A stretch of 64,000 bases of DNA from Saccostrea echinata (lineage: Eukaryota): positions 27,652,001 through 27,716,000 of the forward strand of contig NW_026889751.1 in NCBI RefSeq assembly GCF_033153115.1. Reading direction: 5' to 3'. Position 1 is the stretch's first letter. Each line of letters starts with the position of its first letter. The notes beneath the pieces are model-generated. The model was not told where the DNA came from. It saw nothing but the letters and a program-made list of their open reading frames with translations, and did no database searches. Positions 23,701 to 36,500 of the stretch are shown in pieces. A program made the translations under genes and the position numbers.

Positions 23701-26700
23701 GGTCAGCTCAGTGAAAGAAGTACCACCAGTAACAATTTGAGACACACCTGCTGTAAGTTAACTCTATGGTTTGATATTTCATAATTATGTATCTTTTGGG
23801 GTAGTCACTTCAATAGTTGTATTTGCAAGTATATCATACTACAGTATGATATATTTGCAAATACTACTGTATATAATACTATATCTAGTCCTAATCTGAA
23901 TCTGTTGCCATATTCACTTGGCCAGGGCTTCATACATATTTAGTCACTGTGATAAGAACTGTTAGTGACCAGCCATTTTCTTTGAAAATAAATTAAGCCA
24001 TTGGTTCTTTACTCTGTTTTACAAACAAGTTACCGGTACATTAATTATGACAAAAATCAAGCAAATATAGCCCTTTACCATTTCAATTTATAAAACTGTT
24101 CATCATTCATCAATATTGCCATCATTTGTAGTATTAAATGAACAATTTACAAAAAACACATCTTTGAATTCTTGATTAGTGACCCATCAGGCCCAGGAAG
24201 TTTACCTTTGTTATATAAATCACACAGATCCGATCCTATACCTTACAATTTACACCAACCCAAATTAACCTGCATCCAGAAATGCAACATAGCTGATTAA
24301 TTCATCAGACTAATACATGTTGTTAATTCATATTTAATGCAGCGTCATGTCTAGGTTGTGGATCATCTAAGAATCAAAAGAGATTTAACCTAGATACAAG
24401 TGAGATTATTCTATTTTGTTTTTCATAATTTGTGTCCTTTTCTACACAACTACATCATATCTGACACAAATATTCTATCTTTTGATAACTACTGATTTTA
24501 CAGCTGTAATTCTGGAATATAGGATACGTGCCGACTCCCTTAAGATGGCTGCTATGTCTTCTTGACTCCCCAGTAGAAATGCCTCGTCAGAGATATCCAA
24601 AGCCCCCTCTGATGTCAATCTCTGGGGCCATTCCTCCTGTAAAATAAATATGTGTAAACATTCGTAGGGTACAAAGACCCTGATTTCTATCAGAGATTCT
24701 TATGAATCATATATACAAAAAATGTGAGAAATACTGGCAAGATTTGGGGTTGGGTTGCACTCAAATCTCACTGAAAGACTCTCCTATCCTCCTTTCAAAA
24801 CTCTGTGTGTGACTTGTACTAACAGACTGATTTATGTTTATAAATTTTTTTATCATAAATTATTTAATTAGGTTTTTTTGTATTTGGAATTCTAATTTTC
24901 ACTATTCTAGAAATTTGTCCTACAATAACCAGGTCCGGCACAATCTCTTGATTAAGCTATATAGCTTGATTTAGCTATACAGCTTTATTAAGCTATTCAG
25001 AATAGCTTGATTTAGCTATTTTATCACACTTTTTAATCAAATGTGTTATTTTCCAAGTATGCACAAAAAGTCGCACCTTGATGCAGTGATAATATTCAAC
25101 CTTGAACTCTTATGAAAATAATGCATGTAAAAATCACTCATCAAATTGCGTCTCCTTAAGAGACTTTGTACTCAAAGTTCTAAAAGTTTTGGGGCTATAT
25201 AAAGCAATTGATACTGTTACTTCTACAATGAAATTATAAAGGAGGCCAATTATGGTCAACAAGATAACTGATTGGTAATAATTCAGTACAGTGAGAAGCA
25301 ATCATACTTATCCATGCTTCAACGCACAGAAGGTAGTGTACAGTTACCCAAACAATGGAAATTCATCTTTTGCTTAAAAGTATTCAAATGCCGCAATGTT
25401 AGAACTATCTTTGATTTGGGTTGTTGATTTGATAACCCATATTACACATATGAATAGTCAAATATTTGAGACTTTTTGTCTATTTTGTACAAATAACATT
25501 TTTGTGAAAACCTGCATATAAATAGCTTTATCAAGCTATTTTGAATAGCTTGATAAAGCTATATAGCTAAATCAAGCTACATAGCTTAAGGTAGTATGGG
25601 ATACCTCCACGTTATGACGTATTTCCGTTTGAAGTATTGTTTTGATTTGCATGAGTGCTTATTATCGGGTCAAAATTTGTAGATACACTGTTGAAAAGAA
25701 CACTCTGAAGCCTATTTCAATGCAAGTTCTCACAAGTCGGCATTTTAAGTAAAAACAGACAAAAAAATCGCAAGTATATAAATTTACTTATAATTGTACA
25801 ACGGACATTTAAAAAAGCAAACCCCTGTAAAAGGTAGTTTCAACATTGCTGCTTTTGAACACTTTTAAGCAAAAGCTGTATTTCAATTGTTTGAGTAACT
25901 GTACAGCACCTTGTGTGCGGTGAGGCATGGATAAGTGCGATTACTTCACATTGTGCTGAATTATCACCAATCAATTATCACGTTAACCAGAGCTGGACTT
26001 TTTTGTTATTTAATTCAAGAAGAAACTGTTTGGTCACAAATCAGCTAGCTGTTGTATATAGTCCCAAAACGTAGCTGATGAATGCAATTGCTCTGAACAA
26101 GACACGTCCTGGAAAGCGATTGTCCATGCATTGTTTTCAAAACCGCTCAAAGTTGAAAACTACAAAGTGCGATTTTTTTATGGTTGGGAAAAAATGCTCA
26201 TCATTTCTAAAATAGCACCCAGGTTTTTTCAGCCCTTGGAAAATAAAGAAGGATAACTCTTCCGCTCGGATCTTTTAATTCAAAAAATTTTAAATGCATT
26301 TTATATTTTCCATTTATATATATATATTTTCAATTTGTTTATTTCACTTTGCTAACATATCAAGATACATTCTTATTGTAGATTTTCATGAAATGTTATC
26401 CGTCTGTTTTCAAGAAATAAAGTTTTCCCAGTTTTTTACGCTTATTTTTTGTTGAAAATTAAAAAAATACTAAGACATATTTCTTGTCATTTTTGTTTTT
26501 ATAAACACTTTAAATTAGCAAACGCCTGCCTATAATATTAAGCTTATGAAAAAGAATTATGCAAGAAAAAAAATCGTTTTTGTATTTCTCATTAAAATAA
26601 TAAAAAAATTATTAAAATTACACTTTAATATACTGAAAGGTGGGGGTATTTCAAATCCTTCTAATTTGGGTACATAAATATGTAGGAGAAGTTTCGTTTG

Positions 26701-27185
26701 GTATCCCATACCACCTTAATCAAGAGATTGTGCCGGACCTGATAACTGACTTAGTTTTACCATATTGAAGAATGGTGATTTTAATTATTTTTTCCCTTTT
26801 TGCAACTTTAAGCTAAACTGCCAAATTAACAAGCACAGAAATTACACAAAACATATGTTATTAAGTCACTGTTCCTAGTATTTACAAAAAAAAAATCTTA
26901 TTTGGAAATTAATTTAAAAAGTTAATGGTCTGAATGCACTTTATCTGACTACTAGATCTAAATGAAACAAGAAAGGATAAGAAATTATAAGATCACAGAA
27001 CTAAAATGGGAATCTGTTAAAATGGAATGTACCAGTCCCTCAGCATTCATGAACTCCTCATAGTTTGTGGGGGGTTTGGGTTTTTTCTTCTCTTCCTGTA
27101 CTGCCTCCTGTGGCTTATCTTCTTCTCTGGGCATGTCATACTGAGCCATGATGGCTGCAATACGGGGATCCATCACTGACACCAT
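8920..27185 (-). CDS. FAM227B: FAM227B-like protein (FWWh domain), multi-exon
   Basis: Phase-consistent exons 27033-27185, 24528-24636, 23479-23619, 22987-23057, 17458-17607, 15399-15497, 13711-13815, 13432-13558, 13129-13263, 12636-12907, 11912-12066, 11528-11605, 11146-11296, (9859-9876, 9681-9725), 8920-9009. Motifs [46 protein letters not shown] and [14 protein letters not shown] are typical of FAM227. Confidence 0.85.
11606..11911 (-). other. U12-type (minor spliceosome) AT-AC intron in FAM227B-like gene
   Basis: Donor |ATATCCTTT at 11911, branch site TGCCTTAAC (11622-11614), acceptor AC| at 11606; the junction restores frame (MP|PPG). Confidence 0.85.
12490..12665 (-). repeat. Tandem duplication (~64-bp unit, ~3 copies) of exon 3' end plus 5' splice site
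   Basis: Plus-strand unit 'gataaatcta(ta)cctctt..ttttctccaccctatgagaagtgg' is repeated; the first copy includes the real donor gag|gtagat at 12635. Confidence 0.75.
13876..15191 (+). mobile_element. Helentron/HINE-like element (AGGTCA-repeat family), diverged
   Basis: Same 5' (atgtccataggacatgaatgccc) and 3' (caaacactatatgcc...atggcataaaa) ends as 2361-3214, with ~8 degenerate internal repeats. Confidence 0.65.
15197..15282. mobile_element. 86-bp hairpin MITE with 9-bp TSD (Mutator-like)
   Basis: 41-bp arms with 1 mismatch, 4-nt loop; TSD aaaattgtt at 15188-15196 and 15283-15291. One arm recurs at 30261-30303. Confidence 0.8.
15890..17482 (-). repeat. Minisatellite of 30-bp and 48/49-bp units derived from the FAM227B exon end plus 5' splice site
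   Basis: Minus-strand units 'accaaggcccaa(c/a)actttaat|gtaagtgta' and '...aat|gtaagtataaatagacctgtaagggtc' match the true exon end 'gtcacaaaggcccaaaactttaat|gtaagt' at 17458. Confidence 0.9.
17792..17968. mobile_element. Tc1/mariner-pogo type MITE
   Basis: TA|cagtcaaacctcgttatctc...gataccgaagttcaactg|TA. Confidence 0.65.
18141..20790 (+). mobile_element. Helentron/HINE element carrying a ~166-bp satellite array (Cg170/HindIII-like)
   Basis: 5' aacaagaggccc...gctcacctgagc subTIR; ~13 tandem ~166-bp monomers (tggccccacccgacc marker at 18406 to 20389); (gaca/gacg)n; 3' 'aaagctcacttgagccttcggctcaggtgagctaaaaa'. This architecture matches oyster HINE/pearl-like elements. Confidence 0.85.
22230..22975 (-). 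repeat. ~23-25-bp degenerate minisatellite immediately downstream of a FAM227B donor site
   Basis: Units like 'ttaccattacttttagactag' (minus strand: ctagtctaaaagtaatggtaa); they become more homogeneous towards the exon at 22987. Confidence 0.75.
24930..26741. mobile_element. Non-autonomous DNA transposon with ~90-bp TIRs (CAGG...CCTG) and 5-bp TSD
   Basis: TIR caggtccggcacaatctcttgattaagctat... and its reverse complement ending ...ttaatcaagagattgtgccggacctg; TSD ataac at 24925-24929 and 26742-26746. The right TIR is split by a nested element. Confidence 0.85.
25590..26715. mobile_element. Kolobok-like non-autonomous transposon nested in the right TIR of the previous element
   Basis: TTAA TSD (25586-25589, 26716-26719); TIRs ggtagtatgggatacc / ggtatcccataccacc. 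Confidence 0.8.
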
Positions 27186-27344
27186 AATATTACTCCTGGC
27201 TAAGATACAGAATTAATCAGCGGACGGTACAATACTTCAAATGCATTAATAAAAATAAAATTGTAGAGAAAAAAGTTTATATTAAATAATAAACGATACT
27301 GTAAGGTTTATTCCTGATGAAATTATAACAAAATTCTGTTCACG

Positions 27345-28801
27345 AGGCCAAGATAAAAAATACCTTTGTTTCCCCTAACGCGACCGACCCAATTAAATCG
27401 CGCTGACTGAAAAGTTTTTTTTAATAAGATAATTCCAGTAATTTTTTTTAATGTTTATCAATGAAAATACAATTTCATCAAAATCTGTTTTTATCAGAAA
27501 GGCAGATTTTGTTAACTTTGATTTTCAAGCGTTTGTTGGGGGAAAAAAATGGTGCCCACAACATGTGGTCAAAGAGGGTTAGTTCGAGTTATAAATAACG
27601 GCGACATATCAACCTTATGCCTTTAGTAATTAGAATCCTACACTCTTCAAATATTTCGCGAATAAAATATATCACGACTAATTACGATTGTTTTTTGTGG
27701 TATTTACTAACCTCTCTTTTAAAATTAAGGTACTTAGTATCCACGATACATGGTAAGGCTCGCCTTCCTCGTGAACATGTCATCAATCAATTTCACTGCA
27801 TTTTAATTAATTTGAGTTTTGATCTAATAAAAATTTCATCTATTCTCCTATGTGTACTATATGGAACCATAGGAGTTGTTGTTAATATGTCTGCATATTT
27901 AATACTGATGAATAGAATTCACACGTTCCTTTCTTTCATGCCTTTAATTCATGGCTTAAACGTCACGACTTTGACATTGTGTATGACATTTTTATCATTT
28001 TTAGATATGGTTCTGTTCCATTAAATATTATTTATTTACCCTTTCCAAATAGTTTTGAAATCATGATACAGCTTCTTGACACGTCCAGTGCATTTTTTTC
28101 CCTTAATTAGGGCCCTGAAGATTGGTTGTTTCTTTGCTTAAAATTCCTTTGAGAATTGTTGAACATTAGCCCGGTGAAGGGCCCCAAATTTAATCTTGTA
28201 CTCGACACTTTTAGCCATTAATGGTGAGGGACCTTTTTCGTGCCAACATCTACTGCAACACTAGACCTAATTTTTTACAGTCTCATTGGAAGGACCGGTC
28301 TCAACGTTCCGCATTCGGATTTGAACCTACGACTTGGAATTTAAATTAGCTCCTTACTTCGGGACCCAAAAAGGAAATGCTCTAGACCACTGCACAATTT
28401 GAAGCCCTTGATAATGTACATTGCATGTGTAAGCACTGGAACCTGATAGTAGGTTTGAAAAAAAATACTCAGATTTCCAGTCCTTGCGTATCCAAGAATC
28501 TTGTCTCTTAAATATTCGATTTCAATAAATTTACACTGGCATCATATTTTACAAGTTCAATAGAACAATAGTTGAAAATTAATTTACCTTATATTTTGCT
28601 TTTAAATGTCGTTTTAATGAAATTCTGTTTACAAAATACTTTCTTTTGTACTTTTCTTATTTATAAAGGTATTATTCCATTAAATTTCAAAATGTATTTT
28701 CAAAGCTGCTGCCAGAAAAAAAAAATATTTACCTACCTACCTACCCAACTTGAGATTTTAGGGTCGGGTTAGGGGAAACAAGCATAATTTTAATAATGGC
28801 C
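27345..28801. mobile_element. Non-autonomous TIR element (GGCC termini), with a probable SINE-like insert at ~28200-28400
   Basis: Imperfect TIRs ggcca...tgtttcccctaacgcgacc / ggtcgggttaggggaaaca...tggcc. Confidence 0.55.
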
Positions 28802-28978
28802 CGATGCTAAACATTTTCCGAGGAAATTCGAAATGTTACTATATGTATCGTCGATATTTTTATGCTTTGTTTTGTATTAATTCTTTCCACAATGAATCAG
28901 TATATATTTTTGAGTTCTTATCTACGCCATTAAACATAAATATCGCACGGTTTAAGCTAGTTTATACTAGATACTTAC

Positions 28979-29198
28979 CTTATTACATCTTGTCCGTTGT
29001 CAAGTACGCAAACTAATTTTCTTCAAATGACAAAGCAAAACCTAGATGAGTTCCGATAATCCGAGATGGAACTCTTCTGCGTTCGAAGGTAACAAAACGA
29101 AGAAAGGCGCCATTTTTGTGAAAATTGCAAGGTAGCAGAAGTGCTATTTGATATGATTTTAACGTTAATCAAGTAATATATAATTTTCTTGCTGTATG
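28979..29198. promoter_or_regulatory. Putative bidirectional promoter and 5'UTR exons, FAM227B / ATR
   Basis: Minus-strand donor ag|gtaagt at 28978 and plus-strand donor tg|gtaagt at 29199 face outward; a YY1-like ggcgccatttt (~29107) lies between them. Confidence 0.5.
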
Positions 29199-29702
29199 GT
29201 AAGTCATCTAAGGGAGCATAGGTAAAATAAATACTGAATATAATCAATTCAAAGTCGTAACTGTCTCGACACATCATCTGATCATAGTATCCCACATTCA
29301 ACAGGTAGGGACCACTTGTCAAATTAATAGGATTGTTATGGGTTCGTTTGTTGCTTAATTCGCAGAATTAAAAAAAAAATTTCAAACAATTTATTGGAAG
29401 TGTATCAGTCAAACACTTGAAGCGTCAGCACTGCGCATGTATGCACTCTATAAATCTTTTAGAACCTAGCTTATTCATGGTTTAGAACTAGTCCGAAATA
29501 TCTGACGTTTTCCTGGCTTTTTCAACGATTTGATATTTTACGTGCCAGGAAACCATCAGAACCGGCGCCATTAGGAAAATTTTTGAAAAAAAATAAATTC
29601 AGAGAACCACTAAAAGATTGTTTAACTTTCCTTTAAGTTAAGATAATCCATGGAAATTATGCTTAATGGTTCATTTTTCCACCGAGAAATTAGAGAATAC
29701 AC

Positions 29703-29802
29703 CATAGGCACTCCCCTGCTTAATTGTTAAGAAATATATATCTACTATACTATAAACATAAAGATATATATTTTTTAACAATTAAGCTGGGGGGTGCCTA
29801 TG
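29703..29802. mobile_element. 100-bp hairpin MITE, CATAGG...CCTATG, 8-bp TSD (P- or hAT-like)
   Basis: ~41-bp imperfect arms; TSD gaatacac at 29695-29702 and 29803-29810. Confidence 0.75.
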
Positions 29803-30517
29803 GAATACACAAGGAGAACAAATTTTGTAGGTAACTTTCACTTTCAGAAATACATAAATGATTACCGGGTAGGTCGTTCTAAAAATCTTTCACTTTCAGG
29901 AATTTTTTACATACGAGTTACCCAATAATCAGGTTTCGTTTTCACTTTCTTCAAATTATGGTGGGCTTTCGATACATTCTAGATGATTTAAATCACTGTA
30001 CAGTGTACAGGGGGCCCTTATTTCCCGACAATTGAAAAAGACCTAGGGGGGCACTTATAGGGGCAGGGGCGGTTAATAGGGATTATACAGTAGTTCTGAT
30101 TATGGTGACAATGCAGAAAGAACTTGTGTTATCAATGGACAATTTGAAAACTGCAGCTTTGAAAAATATATTCTCATTGGTTAGTTTATAATTACCCATT
30201 ACGTCATGTGTAACCACAAACCCAACTTTTAAATAGCGACTTTAAATATGCCAAGGGTTTGTGTGGAGTTCCGAAATCACAAAACCTTAACATTGTGAGG
30301 ATGTGGTTTCCAAAATTGTAAACTTTTATCAGTGTAAACATGCTTCTTTTATTTATTTTTTCCAGGAAAACAAAAAATGAACAATATTTAGATACTGTTA
30401 TACTTTGCAGTGTAGATCTAGCAATAATCATGCTTGTAGGATTTCGAAATTTATTTTGCAGTTCAATTAACAAACATTTAATTCAATATATTGTTCTTTA
30501 CAGGATCTGAAAAAAAA

Positions 30518-33500
30518 ATGTCAAGAAAGCAGCTAGCAGAGGTTCTTCAACTATTACAGAGGTATTTACACAGTTGGTCAAATTAAGCTACATGTTGGAA
30601 TAAATTGTAACAAAAAATATACTGTTGCATGTTTCACCCCACTGACTCAATCATCCTAACCCTAAACTCTGATAGGTCACTTGAGTCACTCAGGTGATAA
30701 TTGTTATAGATCAGTTCTTGTCTGTTATGGTGTGTCCTCTATTATTTGTAAACTTTTATACATTGCCAGCAATTTCTCTGAAATGGCTGAAACAATTTCA
30801 AGAAACTTTTGTCCCGTGCAGGATCACTAAATTTCATTTGTCTGCCAGTCACACAAACTTAAAGTGCAAGGACATTTATCCTATTTGTCTGTCTGTCCAT
30901 CCATCTGTCAATCACAGAAACTTAAATAACCTTGGTCATAACTTCTTAATGAGAGAAAGTAGGGCTTTCACAGTAAACATGTGCATTAATTCAACAGACT
31001 TTTTCATTTTCTTTCAAGGGGCTTAAACAGATTTGAAGTTAATATTTTCTCAATTTTTCTGTATAACTTCATGACTTATATGTTGCTATAGCATTTCACA
31101 TGGAAATATAACAAAAAACTTATTTATCTGGAAATTATTGAAATTACAAATTTAGGGATGTGTTTGATTGACACATCCTTGCACTTTCACAAAGTAAACC
31201 TTATCACTAGTTCTTAAAAAAAGTAGAAATTTTGTTGTGTATTAATGAAAAATATTAAAACTATGATCCAGAAAATTCAGCGTAGAAATGTGAGAAAGCA
31301 AAACCAACTCACCAGTATTGTCAGTCTGTGCTCATTGATGTGTGCAGAGTTTAACAAATTGAACACACCCTGTGAAACATAAACATTAACAATAACATGT
31401 TGAGCTTGTGCCTTGTTTACTGAAACAGTTTATGTTGCATGGATGTATTGAATTTGTTAAACTCTGCACACATCACTGAGCACGGACTGACAATACTGGT
31501 GAGTTGGTTTTGTTTTCTCACATTTCAACGCTGAATTTTCTGGATTATAGTTTTAATATTTTTCATTAACACCCAACAAAATTTCTACTTTTCTTAAGTA
31601 TTAAGGATTAAATTTACTTTGTGAAAGTGCAAGGATGTGCCTATCAAACACGTCCTGGAATTCGTAGTTTTAATAATTTCTAGATAAAATAACTTTTTCA
31701 TTATATTTCTGTGTGAAATGCTATAGCAACATATAAGTCATGATATTATACACAAAATTTGAGAAAATATTAACTGCAAATCTGTGTCTTAGCCCCTTTA
31801 AAGGGTATACATTGTATCTATATGGTATAAAGTTTAATTATTGTAATGTTTTTCTGTGATTTTAATGCTTCAGTTATGGTTTCACTGCAGATATTTGATT
31901 TTCTTCACTTGTCCTTCACATTTAGCTACAAACAGATTGTCATTATTGTCTGTACACAGTCCCATGGGGTTACTATGTGCACATTTTATATAACGGAGGA
32001 ACTGTCCATTCTGGTCTATGATGTGTACACAGTCATTGTTATGATCAGCTGTAAGGATGTGACTCTGACTGTCTGTGGTGATTCCTCGTGGACTGAATGG
32101 TTCGTTCTTTGGAGCAGGAGTATGTCCAGTGTACCTGAATCTCAGTTTCCCGGCCTGACTGACCACCACTACTGCTCTAGCTCCACTGTCAGACACACAG
32201 ATATCCAGGTTCCTGTTCTCACTGATGTATTTATATTCAATTAAAAAAATACTTCTTGATGATGAATAAAGTGGTTGACCTTTATCATCAAACTGAATGG
32301 TTTGTTTCTTTGTGGAGCCAGAGTAACGGACAACTTTTGATTGTTTGTTGTCATCAGTGTCCATGACAACCAGGAGGTCACCAGAGGAGGTACTACAGAC
32401 ACCAAGAGGTTCCCAGTTCTGTAGTCTGATCACCTCCTCTATCTTCTCATTCTTCACAATGTTCACAGTCCTATCACTGTCATCAATATAAACCAGATCT
32501 CCACTTTTTGTCACTGTTAAGTCCTCTGGTTCATTCCCTGACTTGGTTTTGATTGACTTGAGCAGTGATCGTTGAATGAAGCTGAACAATTTCATGATTT
32601 TGTCATTCCCACTTGTCCAGATTTCTTCATTTCTCAGACAGGCCACATTGTAAAGCCTTTCATACCCAGTGACTGCAGAAATGACAACTTCTGGTTCATC
32701 AAGCAGTTGTTTGGATGGAGGAGAGGATCCAGCTTCTGGTGAAATCTGTGTTGTCTTTATGCTGTAGCCCTGGTTTTCAGAAGTGAAAGAACTTGATGAT
32801 AAGGTTCCAAAAATTTTACTAAATTTTTCTCTTTGGATTCTTCCTGAAGTAAATTTAGGTAAAGAGGGCACTATTTTTTCTGGAAGATTTCTGTGTTTAT
32901 TTATATCATACGTTACACTGAATAGTTTGGAAATATCATAAGAATCCATAGCAACATCAATTGAATCGATTTCATCTTTGATTTCAGAAATTTTCTTGTT
33001 TATTTCATCCAGATGTTCCTGTAGAGTTTGTAGCTGTGTGTTTTTCATCAGATCAACTTCAGCTTTAAGTTTCTGGACAAGTTTGTCAATTTCTCTGTGC
33101 CAGTCCTCTCCATGTTTTGTTATGGCTGTTGAGAGGTCTCCATATTCCTTTTCTAACTGACTCATTCTGTTTTGTACATCAGAGGCAATGTCTTGGTAGG
33201 TTGGGTAAATTATTTCATTTAGTTCAGTTTGTTCTTTTTTGATCATATCCTTTTTTTCATCAAGAACTTGTAAGATTTTTAATAATTTATGACCTAGATG
33301 TTCATCAGAAGCAAGGCAGGTGACACACACCGGAATGTCACATTGATTACAGTACATTTCACATCGTTCTTTGATATGAGATGTACATCCAGGGTAGAGA
33401 AGAGTGGATTTTCTATGAATAAATCGAACAATTTTGTGTTTTTTGGATTCATCAGATATCATGTGTTCTCCCACACAGGCTTTACACAGGTTGACAAGAC

Positions 33501-36500
33501 ATGTATCACAGTGCATCTGTACCACAGCAGTTTTACACAGGTCACATTGCATCTCGTCCTGTGCACTTGTACGGGAGTCCATGATCAATTTAGTCCTAGT
33601 ATAGAAAAAAAGATGGGAATTTGTTAAATCATCTATATCTATATGTATAATTTTAAAAAGTTGTATATTCAAATGACTAAGATCTATTTGTACTAGCCAA
33701 GTCATTAGAAAGGACGTTAATGGAAACAAAAAAAATTACCAAATTTTAAGCACATACACGTACAAATAAATTACAAAGTTCAACTGGTAAAAACGTGACC
33801 CTGTTTTCTTTCAATCATACTATTATGATACGTCATCTCCATAACTACTTCACACTTCTTCAGCCACCTGCATATGGTGTTCACATCTCCCAGTTTATCT
33901 GATACTCAAGAGCACAATCAATTTTCAAACTGAGGCTTGTTACTGACAAATAAGTTGATGTTACAGGGATATTAAAGTCCTCTTTTAAAGTCAATATTTC
34001 TTAAAATCTGTGGTCAACAATGACCATGATGACCTTGTTAACAAATATAATCTATCACTGGGTTGTATTTTGGCTAACATGTTTCATACCAATTGTTAGC
34101 CTTTGTTTTTATACTGAATTTGATTACGGAATGTTCCATCTACCTGATCAATACATAGGGCTCACGGTGGGTGTGACCTGTCAACAGGGGATACTTACTC
34201 CTCCTAGATAACTGATCCCACCTCTGGAATTTCCAGGAGTCTGTTTTTTAATGCCCTCTTTACAAATTTGTTTATAGATTTTGTTGAGATTGATCAGTTT
34301 GTTATCTTCACCTATTTCATTAATTAGATATTATCTATTTCATTAATTAAATGTTGTTATCTTCACCTATTTCATTAATTAGATATTACCTATTTCATTA
34401 ATTAAATATTGTTATCTTAACCTATTTCATTAATTAGATATTAGGCCTAGTAAAAAAAAAAATTCACTTTTCATAGCAACCCTAAGTTGAAGTGCTGACC
34501 CTTTTTTTCAATGAAGATCTAAATTTTTCTAAAGAATAAAAAATTTGATTGTAAATTTTAATAGCTTACAGAAATGATTTAAAGCAATATTTCTTATGTC
34601 ATTTGTCTAAATTAATTTAGATGTTTTATTTAAAGAAGTCCAGGACAAAATATTTTTAAAAAAATTTATAAAAGTCCACCTACCAACCCATTGGCAAATT
34701 ATTTTCTTTTTGTTGGTCTAAATCTAGTTTATAGTAATGCTCTAAAGGTGAAATTGCAAGTAATAAGCAAAATTTATCTGTATATATCAAAAGAAATCGG
34801 CCCATAATTATTACCTCCTTTAATGGTATCTGTCTGGTCTCTTTAATCCAGCCTGCTTCTGTGTACAGGGATCAGATGACAAACTTATTGTCAAGTATTA
34901 TACTACTGTAATCATATTCCCTTCTTTTTGATATTTAATGTATTTAAACTTCCTGGTGTGTGTGTAAAGATCTGGGAAAGATGATTGGCTTCTACATCAC
35001 TTTAAAACAGATTATTGATAAGGCATGCAAATATCTGTTGACAGTGTGGCACAGATGAGATTATGTGATATATCATGAGAGTTTCTGTCCAAATGAAAAA
35101 AAAGTGAAGATAAAGAACAGTGGTTGATTTCAAAAAACCTACAAACAATACAATCTATGAACAGAGCACAAAAAATTGACCCTTAGAAATTCCAGAAGTG
35201 GGATCAGGTGCCTAGGAGGAGTAAGCTTCCCCTGTCAATTGTAGTCAAAAACATTGACTTAAAAATTGGTATGAAATATGTCTGTCAAAATATGACCTAA
35301 TGATCATTGTTTTTGCAAACAAGGTGATGACTTTAAGTAAAGTTGCTGAAATCCTTGTAACATCAACTTATTTGTCAGTAGTCTGCCTCTGTTTAAAAAT
35401 TGATCTTACTCAGAGCATCCTTTTGCATATTGAATAATTTGGAGACATAAACACTATATGCAGGAGATAGAGGAATGTTACTACATAAGCAAGCAAGTAA
35501 GTAATACTAGTCCCCTACCAGCAAGTGTAATCTGGTTCCCCTTAAAAAAGGCCATTATTCCATCAAAAATCATTGAAGCAGAACATAGCAAACCTAATCT
35601 ATAACTTATTAACTAAGGTAGACTCACATAACAAAAATCAGCTCAATATCTGTTGATACCTGCAAAAACCAAGTGAGAATTATGGCTCCCCTTAAAAATA
35701 AAAAAAAAGTCATAATTCCATCAAAAATCATTGAAGCAGATCAAAATTTAAACTTGATCTGTAACTTATCAGGGTACACTCATATGTCAAAAATCAGTTT
35801 AATATCTGCAAGCATTTAGAAATGCTGATAGAGGGACAGACAGACAGACAGATGAGGAGGAAACCTACAGTCCTCTCCGATTTCACCAGTAAGGGAGTAA
35901 TAAAGAAAGGTGATGGTGGAAAAGCTGAAATCATCTCATTTGTCATACAAAATGACACAAATGATTTCCTAGTAAAAATCAATAAGTTGGGAACAGTTCC
36001 GGCAAATAGCATCCTGGTCACAGCAGATGTCTCTTCTCTCTACACATCAATCCCACACCGAGATGGCATACTAGCTAGCAAACAAGCACTCGATACTAGA
36101 GAAAATCCTACTGTATCAACATGGATTATACTCCGTTTTCTACATCTTATCTTACCCAAAACATGCTTCGAATTTAATGGCAATTACTATTTACAAACTC
36201 AAGGAACTAGTATGGGTACAAAATGCGCACCTAACTATGCAATTATATTCATGGACCAATTAGAAAATAAATTCCTCCAAGAGTCAGTTCAGAAACCACT
36301 AATATGGTGGAGATATATAGATGATATATTCTTTATTTGGACACACAGTAGCGAGGATCTACACACCTTCATGTGCCGTCTAAACAATTTCCATCGAACT
36401 ATCAAATTCACCTATGAACAGTCTACAGAAGCGATCCATTTCCTTGATACCACAGTGCAAATAAATCAGCTTGGAGAATTATCAACCAGGCTGTATACCA

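Noticed and set aside
33583-33729. 49-aa N-terminal extension of TRIM-like copy 1
   Set aside because: Lies almost entirely upstream of a splice acceptor (33596) and is not conserved in the paralog, which starts at the equivalent MD.RTSAQD.
35822-35949. N-terminal 43 codons of the 526-aa RT ORF
   Set aside because: They derive from flanking HINE-remnant sequence (gaca microsatellite) and the TSD; the in-frame fusion is fortuitous.
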